The notes beneath the pieces are model-generated. The model saw only the letters and a list, made by a program, of their open reading frames with translations, was not told where the DNA came from and did no database searches. Shown piece by piece: positions 39,919 through 48,841 of a stretch of 56,695 nucleotides of DNA. Both the position numbers and the translations under genes were made by a program. Within the stretch, counting starts at the first letter, position 1. Each line of letters begins with the position of its first letter. The stretch lies in the NCBI GenBank assembly GCA_041496385.1, contig JBGQEL010000019.1, positions 1 to 56,695 on the forward strand, read 5' to 3'. This stretch comes from Candidatus Methylomirabilia bacterium. Lineage in GTDB: Bacteria; Methylomirabilota; Methylomirabilia; Rokubacteriales; CSP1-6.

Positions 39919-40932
39919 TCACTCGATCACCTGATCCGCCCTCAGCAAGAGCGTCTGCGGAATCGTGAGGCCGAGCGCCTTCGCGGTCTTGAGGTTGATC
40001 ACCAGCTCGAACTTGGTCGGCTGCTCGATGGGGAGGTCGCCGGGTTTGGCACCCTTCAGGATTCTGTCGATGTAGACAGCAGCACGTCGTTGCATCTCGG
40101 GAAAATGTACTCCATAGGACATGAGGCCACCTGGCTCAACAAACACTTGGAGCTCATAGATTGCGGCGATCCGATGCGCGGCCGCAAGATCGATGATGGC
40201 CTTTCTATGCACGAACATAAAGGCCGACGACGCCACCAATACACCCTGGTCGTGATTCTTCATCATGCCGAGGAAAGCGGCCGCGAATTCCTCCGCGCGG
40301 TGCACGACGAACGTATGAAGCTCTATGCCGAGGGTCCGAGCCGCGATCGCGGCCCGCTGTTCGTACCGAGCGCGCATCTGGGGGACTGCCGAGAGTGTGA
40401 CGTCCTCCTCAAGGACCGCGACCTTTGAAAGATGTCGTACAAGCGCCTTGAGAAGCTCGAGGCGCTTTGGGGCGAGATCATCGTTAAGAATCTGTGAACC
40501 TGTGATATTGCCCCCCGGCCTTGCGAGGCTGTCGACTAGTCCTGCAGCGACGAGATCACCTTCGGCGCGACCGACCACGATGGGGATGGTTTTCGTTTCC
40601 AATTGGAGGATCTTTGCCAGGCCCGCGCCTGCAACGAACAGTACGTCGACCTTGAGACGTACGAGGTCAGCGGCGCCTGTGCGAAGCTGAGCGGCTGACT
40701 CACCGAACCGTCGCTCGACGACCATGTTTTGGCCTTCGACCCAGCCGAGCTGTCTCATCGACAGCCATAACAGGTTTGTCGAGACGGACTTCGCCAGCTC
40801 CTGTGGGCTCGGAGCTGGGCCGACGCCAAGAATTCCCACGCGAGCCATCTTCTCTGACTTCTGCGCCTCGGCGGCGCGGGGCGCCGTGAGCGCGATTGCT
40901 CCGGCGATGAACGCCCGCCGATCCATCATCAT
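39919..40932 (-). CDS. Orphan ABC-transporter substrate-binding protein (ABC_sub_bind-like), Tat-like signal
   Basis: MDRRAFI, SLARPGGNITG, KRLELLK, GGLMSYG, GAKPGDLPIEQPTKFELVINLKTAKALG. Confidence 0.9.
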   Translation of the reverse strand: MMMDRRAFIAGAIALTAPRAAEAQKSEKMARVGILGVGPAPSPQELAKSVSTNLLWLSMRQLGWVEGQNMVVERRFGESAAQLRTGAADLVRLKVDVLFVAGAGLAKILQLETKTIPIVVGRAEGDLVAAGLVDSLARPGGNITGSQILNDDLAPKRLELLKALVRHLSKVAVLEEDVTLSAVPQMRARYEQRAAIAARTLGIELHTFVVHRAEEFAAAFLGMMKNHDQGVLVASSAFMFVHRKAIIDLAAAHRIAAIYELQVFVEPGGLMSYGVHFPEMQRRAAVYIDRILKGAKPGDLPIEQPTKFELVINLKTAKALGLTIPQTLLLRADQVIE

Positions 40933-41311
40933 CACGGCGTCTCCAGTCTCCTGACTGCGGCCACGAGCAGCTCCCGGACCTCCCGGTCCCGCTGCTGGCG
41001 CGCTCCGGCCGCCCGCTGCCGGCTCCGCTCCCGCCGGCAGGCGGCCGAGCAGGCGGTCTGCCGGCCGTGGAGCGGCGCCTCCCGCCAGACCGGGCACGGG
41101 GAGCGTACCAGACCGTGGAGGGGATGCGTGCGCACGCCTTCTGAGGGGCCTTCGGGCGGCCCGCCCAGCGCCTCGTACAGCTCGAACGGGAGATGCTCGA
41201 GGGAGCGCACGAGCGCGACGGGCACGCCCGGCAGGTGTGCGGCGAGCGCCCGAGTGCTCTCACGGTGGCCTCGGATACCCCGAGCGCGCGGGCGGCCGCG
41301 GATGTCGTCAT
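40932..41311 (-). pseudogene. Broken excisionase-like HTH plus Zn-ribbon-like ORF
   Basis: MTTSAAARALGVSEATVR in one frame; CPVW...GRQTACSAACR in another. Confidence 0.45.
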
Positions 41312-41682
41312 CGGCTGATCCATAACACGTCCCATGCTGGAGGCGAGGATGCAGCAGGCTGCGGAGGGAGACGAGGGACAGAAAGGAACAGAATTCTGTC
41401 CCGGGAAGGTGTTCGTACTCCTCATCAAGCGCCTTGGCCGTTGCGGGCAGGGCTGCGAGGTCAGCCTCTTCGGCGCGAGGGAGCTACCCTGCACCTAGCC
41501 CGCAGGGCTACCGTAACACGCACGAAGGCAGAGGTGCGCGATTCCCGGTAGTTCTGCGACGGCACCTATTCCTTTTGAAGTGAACTTACCTGTAGGTGTC
41601 AGGATTCTTTCCAGTCACACCCTTTTCTCTTGCGCGCGCTTCGCCGCGGGGCTATCGTCCCGCCACCATCGGGAGGTGCTTC

Positions 41683-42267
41683 ATGCGACCGTACCGATCG
41701 CTCCTCGTCGCCCTCTTCCTGGTTCTCATGTGCGCGCGCGCTGAGGCTACAGCGATCGAGATCACGTCGGGCTTCATTGTGGCGGGCAATGACGTCCCCG
41801 CATCGCCGATGGCGCTCGGGGGCGATCCAGTCACAGGCCAGGGGCTCACGTTCGTCGGCAGCTGGGGCTACAACGTGTCCGGAGGGCTTGGCCTCTGGAC
41901 TAATCCGGGTCTGCCGGGAGAGACCCGAAATAACTTTCTTCAGTCCGGACCCGACTCGGTCTTCGGCACGGCCACGCTCAACGGAAACATCTACCACAAT
42001 GTGGGACTCAACACCGCCGGTCCGGTGCCACCGTATCTGCAGTTCTTCCTGAATATTTCTAGCTCGTTCGTCTACCCGGCGCTCGGCGCGACGGGCATCG
42101 TCGTGACTCCCTTTACCCTGATCGGCTCGGTACAGTACCTCGACGCGCCGAGCGTCGCCGGCTCGATTGATCTGGTCGGGGCGGGCCTTTCAACGATCAC
42201 CCTGAGACTCTGCTCTGACTGCGGCCCCGTGCCGGGTCAGGAGCATTGGGATTGGGTCAGCGTCTGA
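41683..42267 (+). CDS. Secreted protein, probably a truncated PEP-CTERM-type surface protein
   Basis: RBS GGGAGG, signal peptide ending AEA-TA, Gly/Thr/Ser-rich; stops at the junction with the next fragment. Confidence 0.6.
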   Translation: MRPYRSLLVALFLVLMCARAEATAIEITSGFIVAGNDVPASPMALGGDPVTGQGLTFVGSWGYNVSGGLGLWTNPGLPGETRNNFLQSGPDSVFGTATLNGNIYHNVGLNTAGPVPPYLQFFLNISSSFVYPALGATGIVVTPFTLIGSVQYLDAPSVAGSIDLVGAGLSTITLRLCSDCGPVPGQEHWDWVSV

Positions 42268-42460
42268 GCGCCTCCACGCCGCGCGTTGCACTGCGGTCCA
42301 CGGCACCGGCTCGAAGGCGGATCCGGGCGCGCTCGTCACCGAGTGCTCCATCCCGCTCGAGTAGAAGGTCGCGCGCCAGCCGCGCGCGTCGTACCGCGTC
42401 AGTTGGAGATCGTAGCCCTGCCGGTGCATCCCCGCCGCGACGTCGCCGACGCCGCGCCGC
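42257..42460 (-). pseudogene. 5'-truncated, frameshifted member of a 'GMxRQGYDLQLTRYD' small-protein family
   Basis: GMHRQGYDLQLTRYDARGWRATFY...PWTAVQRAAW, then EALRR* in another frame. Confidence 0.5.
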
Positions 42461-42522
42461 CCCGGGCAAGAAGTGAGGGCGTGGCGCGGCAACCTGATCC
42501 TGGCCGATTTCCGAAAGGAACG

Positions 42523-42726
42523 ATGACGGAGGCGATGACAGCGGCGACGAGCACCCGGAGTACGATGGGATCCATCGGGGCGAAGCTCGCGCGCGTCGTC
42601 CGCCGCGCTCTCGGCGATCCCGCCCGACGTGTTCCCGGCTCGTGCGAAGACTGCTTGGAGCAGAAGCCCGTGCGCTACTACCGGCGGCGGATGCGCTGCG
42701 AAGACTGCGAGCGGAGGGCGCGGTAG
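42523..42726 (+). CDS. Small Zn-finger protein (CEDC...CEDC)
   Basis: RBS GAAAGGA; two CxxC motifs. Confidence 0.5.
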   Translation: MTEAMTAATSTRSTMGSIGAKLARVVRRALGDPARRVPGSCEDCLEQKPVRYYRRRMRCEDCERRAR

Positions 42727-42906
42727 ACTTCAGGGCGAGGAGGAGGCGATGAATCCGGCTGCGCTCCTCGTGGTCTTCCCCCTCTGGCTCCTGGACTCCG
42801 CGGGCGTGTTCGAATCGCACCAGGCCTTCAGGTAGCCCTGCGGTACGAAGTGCGGACAACCTCGCGCGAGATCGACGAACCCGGCAACGCCGCGTGGTGG
42901 GACTAC

Positions 42907-42933
42907 GTTGCTCTGCCTCTGAGCTACCCCGAC
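42907..42933 (-). repeat. Displaced 5' fragment of tRNA-Thr (att site)
   Basis: GTCGGGGTAGCTCAGAGGCAGAGCAAC matches tRNA nt 1-27 with one change. Confidence 0.85.
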
Positions 42934-42960
42934 GTCGGGAAATCACCGTACCATAGGCCG

Positions 42961-43293
42961 TTGCGTTTGACACCCCCGGCGCGTCCCGGCATCGCCGTCG
43001 TCCTGCCCGCGGCGCTGGTCGTCTACGCCGCTTTCGCGCTCGGCGTGGCGCGCTGGTGGATCTCGGGGCTCGCGGCGCCCGTGATCGCGCTCCTCCTCTG
43101 GCGTCTCCATCCCCGCGCGCGCTTCGCCGCGTACATCTTCTTCTCCGTCGTCATGCTGCGCGGCCTCGCGACGCGCCGCTGGGGCGCGCTGGCGTTCGCC
43201 CTGGCGGCCGTCGCGCTCATGCAGACACCGACGGCACGGCGCGCGTGGCCCCGGCTGCGCCGGGGCCGGACGCGCGGCGACGGGTTCTGCTAG
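42961..43293 (+). CDS. Small membrane protein (3-4 TM)
   Basis: Hydrophobic segments; TTG start 6 nt after TACCAT. Confidence 0.65.
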   Translation: MRLTPPARPGIAVVLPAALVVYAAFALGVARWWISGLAAPVIALLLWRLHPRARFAAYIFFSVVMLRGLATRRWGALAFALAAVALMQTPTARRAWPRLRRGRTRGDGFC

Positions 43294-43305
43294 AATGGCG
43301 CGGTC

Positions 43306-43803
43306 GTGAAATTCCTCTGTCTCGACTGCGATCAGCCGATGAAGCTGCACTCGACCGAGGGGCCCGACGAGGGCTCGCTCGCGGTCACCTTCCGCTGCCC
43401 GGAGTGCGGTTTCCGCGTCGCGATGCTGACCAATCCGTTCGAGACGCAGATGGTGAAGAGCCTCGGCGTCAAGGTCGGAGGCCGCACGGCGCCGGCGGAG
43501 CCGTTCGAGCACCTGCGGAGCTCGCTGGCGAACGCGCGCCCCGACGCCTTCGAGGGCGCACCCGCCGCCGCGACCACGAGCGAGGGCCCGGGCTGTCCGT
43601 TCGCGGCGATGGTCAACGAGGGCGCCGCCGTGACGCCGTCCGGCGTCGCCTGGACGCCCGAGGCCGAGGCTCGCATCGATCGCATCCCCGCCTTCATCAG
43701 GCCGATGGCCCGGCGGGCGATCGAGCGCTTCGCCGAGGACAAGGGGTACGCCGCCATCACCGAGGTGGTGATGGACGAGGCGCGCGCCACCTTCGGCATG
43801 TGA
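43306..43803 (+). CDS. Zn-ribbon plus PCP_red-domain protein
   Basis: CLDC..CPEC; C-terminal WTPEAEARIDRIPAFIRPMARRAIERFA. Confidence 0.8.
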   Translation: MKFLCLDCDQPMKLHSTEGPDEGSLAVTFRCPECGFRVAMLTNPFETQMVKSLGVKVGGRTAPAEPFEHLRSSLANARPDAFEGAPAAATTSEGPGCPFAAMVNEGAAVTPSGVAWTPEAEARIDRIPAFIRPMARRAIERFAEDKGYAAITEVVMDEARATFGM

Positions 43804-43807
43804 CGGC

Positions 43808-44077
43808 GTGACCAAGTCCGAGCTCGTCACGCGCATGGCGCAGGCCGCGGGCTGGCCGAAGGCGGCCACTGAGCGCGCGGTGCGCGCGATGCTCGCCGGG
43901 GTTCGCGCGTCGCTCAAGCGCGGCGAGTCGGTCACGCTGGTCGGCTTCGGGACCTTCTCCGTCGCGCGCCGCAAGCCGCGCACGATGAAGAACCCGCGCA
44001 CCGGGCAGTCCGTCACCGTCGGCGGCCGCGTCCCGCGCTTCAAGCCCTCGAAGGAGCTCAAGCAAGCGGTTCGCTGA
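43808..44077 (+). CDS. HU-family DNA-binding protein
   Basis: MTKSELV, VTLVGFGTF, NPRTG, PRFKPSKELK. Confidence 0.95.
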   Translation: MTKSELVTRMAQAAGWPKAATERAVRAMLAGVRASLKRGESVTLVGFGTFSVARRKPRTMKNPRTGQSVTVGGRVPRFKPSKELKQAVR

Positions 44078-44126
44078 GGGCTTTTCCCTTGGTCGCGGCT
44101 TCCGGCGCTGGGTAGAATGCCCTCCA

Positions 44127-45041
44127 GTGCATCCGACCCACCTGCTCGTCGCCCTGGCGGCGCTCGCCGCCGTCCCGATCTCGCACGTGGCCCGCGCCGA
44201 GAGCGTGCGCCTGCCCGCGCCGAACGGCCGCGTCGTGCTCAGCGCGGAGGCGGCGCTCGTCGTCGACCACGACGGGCGCGTGCTCTTCGCCAAGAACGCC
44301 GAGGAGGAGCGCGCGCCCGCGAGCCTCGTGAAGCTCATGACGCTCTACCTGGCCTTCGAGGATCTCGAGCGCCACAAGGCGGATATCGAGGAGCCGGTCC
44401 AGGTGAGCCACTACGCGGCGATGACGCCGAAGTACCGTATGGGTCTGCGCGCGGGCGAGTGGGTGCCGTTGCGCGTGCTGCTGGAGGGTGTCGCGATCGC
44501 GTCGGCGAACGACGCCGCGACGGCGCTCGCCGAGCGCCTGGCGGGCGACGAGTGGGCGTTCGTCGAGCGCATGAACGCGAAGGCGCACGAGCTCGGCCTC
44601 TCGAGCACGCGGTTCGCGAACGCCCACGGCCTCCCCGACCCGTCCCAGCGCAGCACCGCGCGCGATCTCGCCGAGCTGACGAGCCGCCTGCTCCTGGAGT
44701 TCCCCGCGTCGAGGACGATGCTCGGCGGCCAGACGTTCGTCTACAACGGCCGCGTGTACGCGCGGCACATCCCGCTCTTCAACGACCCCCTCGGCGTCCA
44801 GGCGCTCAAGACCGGCTTCACGCGCGAGGCGGGCTACAACCTCTCCGTCTCGGCGTGGCGCGGCGGTCAGCAGTTCGTGATGATCGTCCTCGGCGCGCGC
44901 ACGCGGGCGCAGTCGTTCCTCGACGCCAAGAAGCTCCTCCGCTACGCCTTCATCGAGACCGGCCTGGAGCCGTCAGAGGGGCACCCACCCGAGGGACCCA
45001 AGCGGCCGGTGCGCGCGCGCCGAGCCACGGTGAGCCAGTGA
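44127..45041 (+). CDS. D-Ala-D-Ala carboxypeptidase (peptidase S11)
   Basis: PASLVK (SxxK), SAND (SxN), NAHGL, KTGFT. Confidence 0.92.
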   Translation: MHPTHLLVALAALAAVPISHVARAESVRLPAPNGRVVLSAEAALVVDHDGRVLFAKNAEEERAPASLVKLMTLYLAFEDLERHKADIEEPVQVSHYAAMTPKYRMGLRAGEWVPLRVLLEGVAIASANDAATALAERLAGDEWAFVERMNAKAHELGLSSTRFANAHGLPDPSQRSTARDLAELTSRLLLEFPASRTMLGGQTFVYNGRVYARHIPLFNDPLGVQALKTGFTREAGYNLSVSAWRGGQQFVMIVLGARTRAQSFLDAKKLLRYAFIETGLEPSEGHPPEGPKRPVRARRATVSQ

Positions 45042-45691
45042 CGCCGATCCGGGGCTACGTCTTCGACGCGTACGGCACGCTCTTCGACGTGCACTCGGTC
45101 GTCGAGGCCGGACGCGAGATCACCCGCGACCCCGCCGCGCTGTCCACTCTCTGGCGGCAGAAGCAGCTCGAGTACACGTGGCTGCGCGCCCTCATGGGCC
45201 GCTACGAGGACTTCTGGGCGGTCACCGAATCGGCCCTGGGCTACGCGCTGCGGCGGCTCGAGCTCACGGCGACCGAGGCGCAGGTGACGACGCTCATGAA
45301 AGCCTACCTGTCGCTCGCGTGCTTCCCCGAGGTGCCGGGCGCGCTCGCGCGTCTGGATGGGCGGCCGCGCGCCATCCTCTCGAACGGATCGCCGCGCATG
45401 CTGGACGCCGCCGTGCGCTCGAGCGGGCTGGATCGCCATCTCCAGAACGTCATCTCGGTCGACGCGGTGAAGACCTACAAGCCGGCGGCCGCGGTCTACG
45501 CGCTGGGACCACAAGCGCTCGGGATCCCGGCCGGCGAGCCGCTGTTCGTGTCCTCGAACGCGTGGGACGTGGCGGGCGCCAAGGCGTTCGGCTACCGGGC
45601 CGCGTGGTGCAACCGGCTCGACGCGCCGGCGGAGGAGCTGGGCCTGCGCGCCGACGTCGTGGTAGCGCGCCTCGACGCGCTCCCACTCTAG
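45038..45691 (+). CDS. Haloacid dehalogenase type II
   Basis: FDAYGTLFD, WRQKQLEY, LSNG, YKP, VSSNAWDV. Confidence 0.92.
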   Translation: MTPIRGYVFDAYGTLFDVHSVVEAGREITRDPAALSTLWRQKQLEYTWLRALMGRYEDFWAVTESALGYALRRLELTATEAQVTTLMKAYLSLACFPEVPGALARLDGRPRAILSNGSPRMLDAAVRSSGLDRHLQNVISVDAVKTYKPAAAVYALGPQALGIPAGEPLFVSSNAWDVAGAKAFGYRAAWCNRLDAPAEELGLRADVVVARLDALPL

Positions 45692-45703
45692 CGCCGGTCG
45701 CAC

Positions 45704-45738
45704 AAAAAACGGGCGGCCCGCCTGACGCAGGCCGCCCG
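45704..45738 (-). terminator. Rho-independent terminator
   Basis: CGGGCGGCC...GGCCGCCCG followed by T6 on the minus strand. Confidence 0.8.
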
Positions 45739-45765
45739 AGACGGCTGGAAGGAACCGCGCTCGCC

Positions 45766-45927
45766 TTACCTCTTGCCGGCCAGCTTCCTCCGCTTCACGT
45801 ACGCCCAGATCTTCTTGGTCATCTCGGACGGCCCGATCGGCGAGCTCCCAAAGACGGCCTCGACCGTGTCCTTGCAGCCCTTGAAGCTGATCGAGTAGCC
45901 CCCGAACGCCTTCTTCCCCTTCGCCAT
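45766..45927 (-). CDS. Small basic SWIB/MDM2-like protein (53 aa)
   Basis: RBS AAGGAGGAGG; EAVFGSSPIGPSEMTKKIWAYVKRRKL. Confidence 0.75.
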   Translation of the reverse strand: MAKGKKAFGGYSISFKGCKDTVEAVFGSSPIGPSEMTKKIWAYVKRRKLAGKR

Positions 45928-46093
45928 GTGCTCCTCCTCCTTTGGTGTCGGCCAACCGCCCCCTGGACTTCCCGGGGGTATTACTACCACACGTACGAGG
46001 GGCGGAAAAGAAAAAATACCATCCCTGGGGGTGTGGCGAGCGTCTCAGAAATACCCCCACAGGGTATAGGGCCGGGCGGCGCCGCCGGGCCGC

Positions 46094-47236
46094 TCAGCGC
46101 GCCTGGAACGCGGGCATCACGTCGCGCGCGAACCAGCGCAGCTGCTCCTTGAACTCCTTGGGCGAGAGACCCTCCGCCCAGTGGATCATGAAGTCCTCGA
46201 GCCCCGCGTACTTGGCCTCGATGGACCTGATGCCCTCGATGACGTGCGACGGCGGGCCGCAGAACCACGCCTTCTGCTGGATGCCGTCGGCGAGCGAGGG
46301 CACCCGCGCGGGCGCGCCGGGCGTGCCCCACGTGCGGCCGTGCTCGTCCGCGTAGCGCACGAAGCCGAACGGGGCGAACCACTTGTAGCGCTCGTCGTGC
46401 GACGGCTCGACACGGCGCTTGGCCTCCTCGGGCGTGTCGGCGAGGTAGAGCCCGGCGCCCCAGATCATGTCCTCGCCGAGCTGCTTGCGACGACCGTACT
46501 TCCCACACGCGTCGCGGTACGCTTTCACCACGTCGTCGAGGATCTTCTCGCCGTTGAGGGTCACCATCGCCTTGAAGTTCTTGCTGCCCATGTAGTCGAT
46601 GGACTTGCTGCTCGCGATCGGCATCCAGATCTCCACGGGCAGGTGCTTGGGCTGCGGCACGCAGGTGATCTCGGAGAGCTGGTAGCCGCGGTATTCGACG
46701 GGCGGGGGGCACTCGTAGCGCTTGCCTCTATGGCTGAACGCCGGCTCGTTGAAGCACTTGAGCAGCACGTCGATCTGCTCCTCGAACAGCTCACGGTTGG
46801 CCGCCTGGTCGATGACGGGCGCGCCGAACGTCTCGACCTCGCGCGAGTGGTACCCGCGGCCGACGCCCATGATCACGCGGCCGTCGGTGACGATATCCGC
46901 CATGGCGTAGTCCTCGGCCAGGCGGATCGGGTGCCACATCGGGAGCACGTTGAAGGCGCAGCCGAGCTTCAGCCGTCGGGTCTGCGTGGCCAGCCAGAGC
47001 GAGAGCTGGATCAGATTCGGAAAGCACTCGTAGCCCTCGCGCTGGAAGTGGTGCTCCGCCGTCCAGAGCGCGTAGTAGCCCAGCTCGTCCATCAGCTGCG
47101 CGACATCGCGGGCGGCGAAGAACGGCTCGCTCAACCGTTCGTTGCTGTAGCGCCGGGCGTCGGCCGGCGTCCCCTTCGATCCGATGTTCTCCAGCTCGAC
47201 CTGACCGACGTAGAGCACGTGGAATCGTTTGATCAT
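46094..47236 (-). CDS. LLM-class flavin-dependent oxidoreductase
   Basis: WTAEHHF, HPIRLAED, GRVIMGVGRG; ATGA overlap. Confidence 0.92.
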   Translation of the reverse strand: MIKRFHVLYVGQVELENIGSKGTPADARRYSNERLSEPFFAARDVAQLMDELGYYALWTAEHHFQREGYECFPNLIQLSLWLATQTRRLKLGCAFNVLPMWHPIRLAEDYAMADIVTDGRVIMGVGRGYHSREVETFGAPVIDQAANRELFEEQIDVLLKCFNEPAFSHRGKRYECPPPVEYRGYQLSEITCVPQPKHLPVEIWMPIASSKSIDYMGSKNFKAMVTLNGEKILDDVVKAYRDACGKYGRRKQLGEDMIWGAGLYLADTPEEAKRRVEPSHDERYKWFAPFGFVRYADEHGRTWGTPGAPARVPSLADGIQQKAWFCGPPSHVIEGIRSIEAKYAGLEDFMIHWAEGLSPKEFKEQLRWFARDVMPAFQAR

Positions 47237-48018
47237 CGCGCTGTCCATCCTCCATCGATGACGAGCGTGTGTCCCGTGACGTAGGCGGCCTCCGCGCTCG
47301 CCAGATAGCAGGCCGCCGCCGCGATCTCCTCCAGCGTACCTCGCCGCCCGGCCGGCGTGATCGCGCGTATCGCCGCCTCGTCGCCGCCGACGCCGCGCAT
47401 CTCCGGCGCGTCCTTGCCGAGGATGCGTGTCGAGTTGGCGCGCAGGTCCGTCTGGATCGCACCCGGGCAGATCGCGTTGACCGTGACGCCACGCGCGGCG
47501 TAGGTGACCGCGAGTTGCCGCGTGAGTCCGACCACGCCGTGCTTCGACGCCGTGTACGCCGGTCCGCCGCCCGAGCCCACGAGCCCGGCGACCGACGCGA
47601 TGTTGACGATGCGTCCCCGTTCGCGCGGCAGCATCTCGGTGAGCGCACGCCGTGCGCCGAGGAACGTGCCCGTGAGGTTGATCGCGACGACCCGCTCGAA
47701 GACGGCCGGCGCCAGCTCGTCGGCGGGCGCGTAGCCGTCGAGGATCCCGGCCGCGTTCACCATGACCGCGAGCGGACCGAGCGCGAGGACCGCGGCGGTC
47801 ACCGCGCCGTCGACGTCGGCCCAGCGGCTCGCGTCGCCCGGCAGGAACATCGCGTGCCCGCCGGCCGCCTCGATCGCGTGCGCGGTCTCCTTGCCGCCCT
47901 CCGGAAGGAGGTCGAAGATCGCCACGGGGGCGCCGGCCGTCGCGAGCGCACGCGCGATGGCACGTCCGAGCCCGGAGCCCCCGCCGGTGACGAACGCGCT
48001 GCCCGGCAGCAACGTCAT
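47233..48018 (-). CDS. SDR-family oxidoreductase
   Basis: TGGGSGLG, NAAG, YTASK, NAICPG, IDGG. Confidence 0.95.
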   Translation of the reverse strand: MTLLPGSAFVTGGGSGLGRAIARALATAGAPVAIFDLLPEGGKETAHAIEAAGGHAMFLPGDASRWADVDGAVTAAVLALGPLAVMVNAAGILDGYAPADELAPAVFERVVAINLTGTFLGARRALTEMLPRERGRIVNIASVAGLVGSGGGPAYTASKHGVVGLTRQLAVTYAARGVTVNAICPGAIQTDLRANSTRILGKDAPEMRGVGGDEAAIRAITPAGRRGTLEEIAAAACYLASAEAAYVTGHTLVIDGGWTAR

Positions 48019-48069
48019 CGAAGAGCCACGACGATGAGGTGGAGGCAGCCGACCTTCATGTTCGCGGTC

Positions 48070-48690
48070 TCACGCGCGCTTGGCGACGCGCAGGTACTGG
48101 AACACCGGGAGCCCGAGGAAGCGCGGAGACGGCGTCAGCCGCACGACGCTCAGGCCGTACCGCTTCCCGTAGAGCGCCATGCGCCAGCGCGACTGGTAGA
48201 GCGTGTCGCCGGCGAGACGCCGACCGGTGATCCGATAGAGCACGGTGTTGATCAGCGTGCGGAGCGCGTAGACGCGCCGCTTCAGGCTTCTCGACATGAG
48301 CAGGTAGCGGAGATAGTATCCCGCGCCGTGCGCGGCGAGCTCGCCCACACCCGCGCCCCGGAGGACGCGCGCGACTTCGCGGACGGCCCTCTCCTCGTCG
48401 GTATACGGGAGCACGACCTTGCTGAGCACGCCGTCGAACGCGGCGGGTCTGAACGGCAGCTCCTCGCCCCGCGCGAGGACGATCGCGAATCCGCTCCGAC
48501 GCATCTCTCGCGCCAGGCACGCGTCGGTTTCGATGCCGACGGGCCGGCATCCCCTCGCCGCCAGCGCGCGGAGCTGCGCTCCACGGCCGAACCCGAGATC
48601 GAGCACGCGCGCCCCCGAGTCGAAATTGCAGTGATCGTAGCCGGCGAGGATATACGGTCCCCAGTCGTCATCGGCGAGGAGTGGACTCAG
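48070..48690 (-). CDS. Class I SAM-dependent methyltransferase (start uncertain)
   Basis: VLDLGFGRG, GEELPF, FDGV, EVARVL. Confidence 0.75.
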   Translation of the reverse strand: MSPLLADDDWGPYILAGYDHCNFDSGARVLDLGFGRGAQLRALAARGCRPVGIETDACLAREMRRSGFAIVLARGEELPFRPAAFDGVLSKVVLPYTDEERAVREVARVLRGAGVGELAAHGAGYYLRYLLMSRSLKRRVYALRTLINTVLYRITGRRLAGDTLYQSRWRMALYGKRYGLSVVRLTPSPRFLGLPVFQYLRVAKRA

Positions 48691-48841
48691 CGCGCGCCCT
48701 CGGCGGGCGCGAGGTCCAAGACGCTGGTCTTCATCGGCGGCGCCGATGATAGCACGATTGACTCGCACCGTCAGGCGTAGTACGTCGTCGCCATGAGCCA
48801 CGGCCTCGTCTCGGGCGCGGTCTCGAGAGTGTAGCGGCTCG

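Larger units (their letters stand above)
38740..42931. mobile_element. Decayed integrative element bounded by 25-bp direct repeats of the tRNA-Thr 5' part
   Basis: gttgctctgcctctgagctaccccg at 38740-38764 and 42907-42931; visibly lower GC; XRE gene, small phage-like ORFs and pseudogenes; no integrase seen. Confidence 0.8.

Noticed and set aside
39769..40428. Plus-strand ORF SLDHLIRPQQERLR...
   Set aside because: Antisense frame of the ABC substrate-binding gene
38767..42906. Integrase, transposase or reverse transcriptase in the island
   Set aside because: No ORF with recombinase, DDE or RT motifs found by eye; the element is treated as non-autonomous
43640..43803. Phototrophy from the PCP_red domain
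   Set aside because: The domain occurs outside BchB; no pigment genes here
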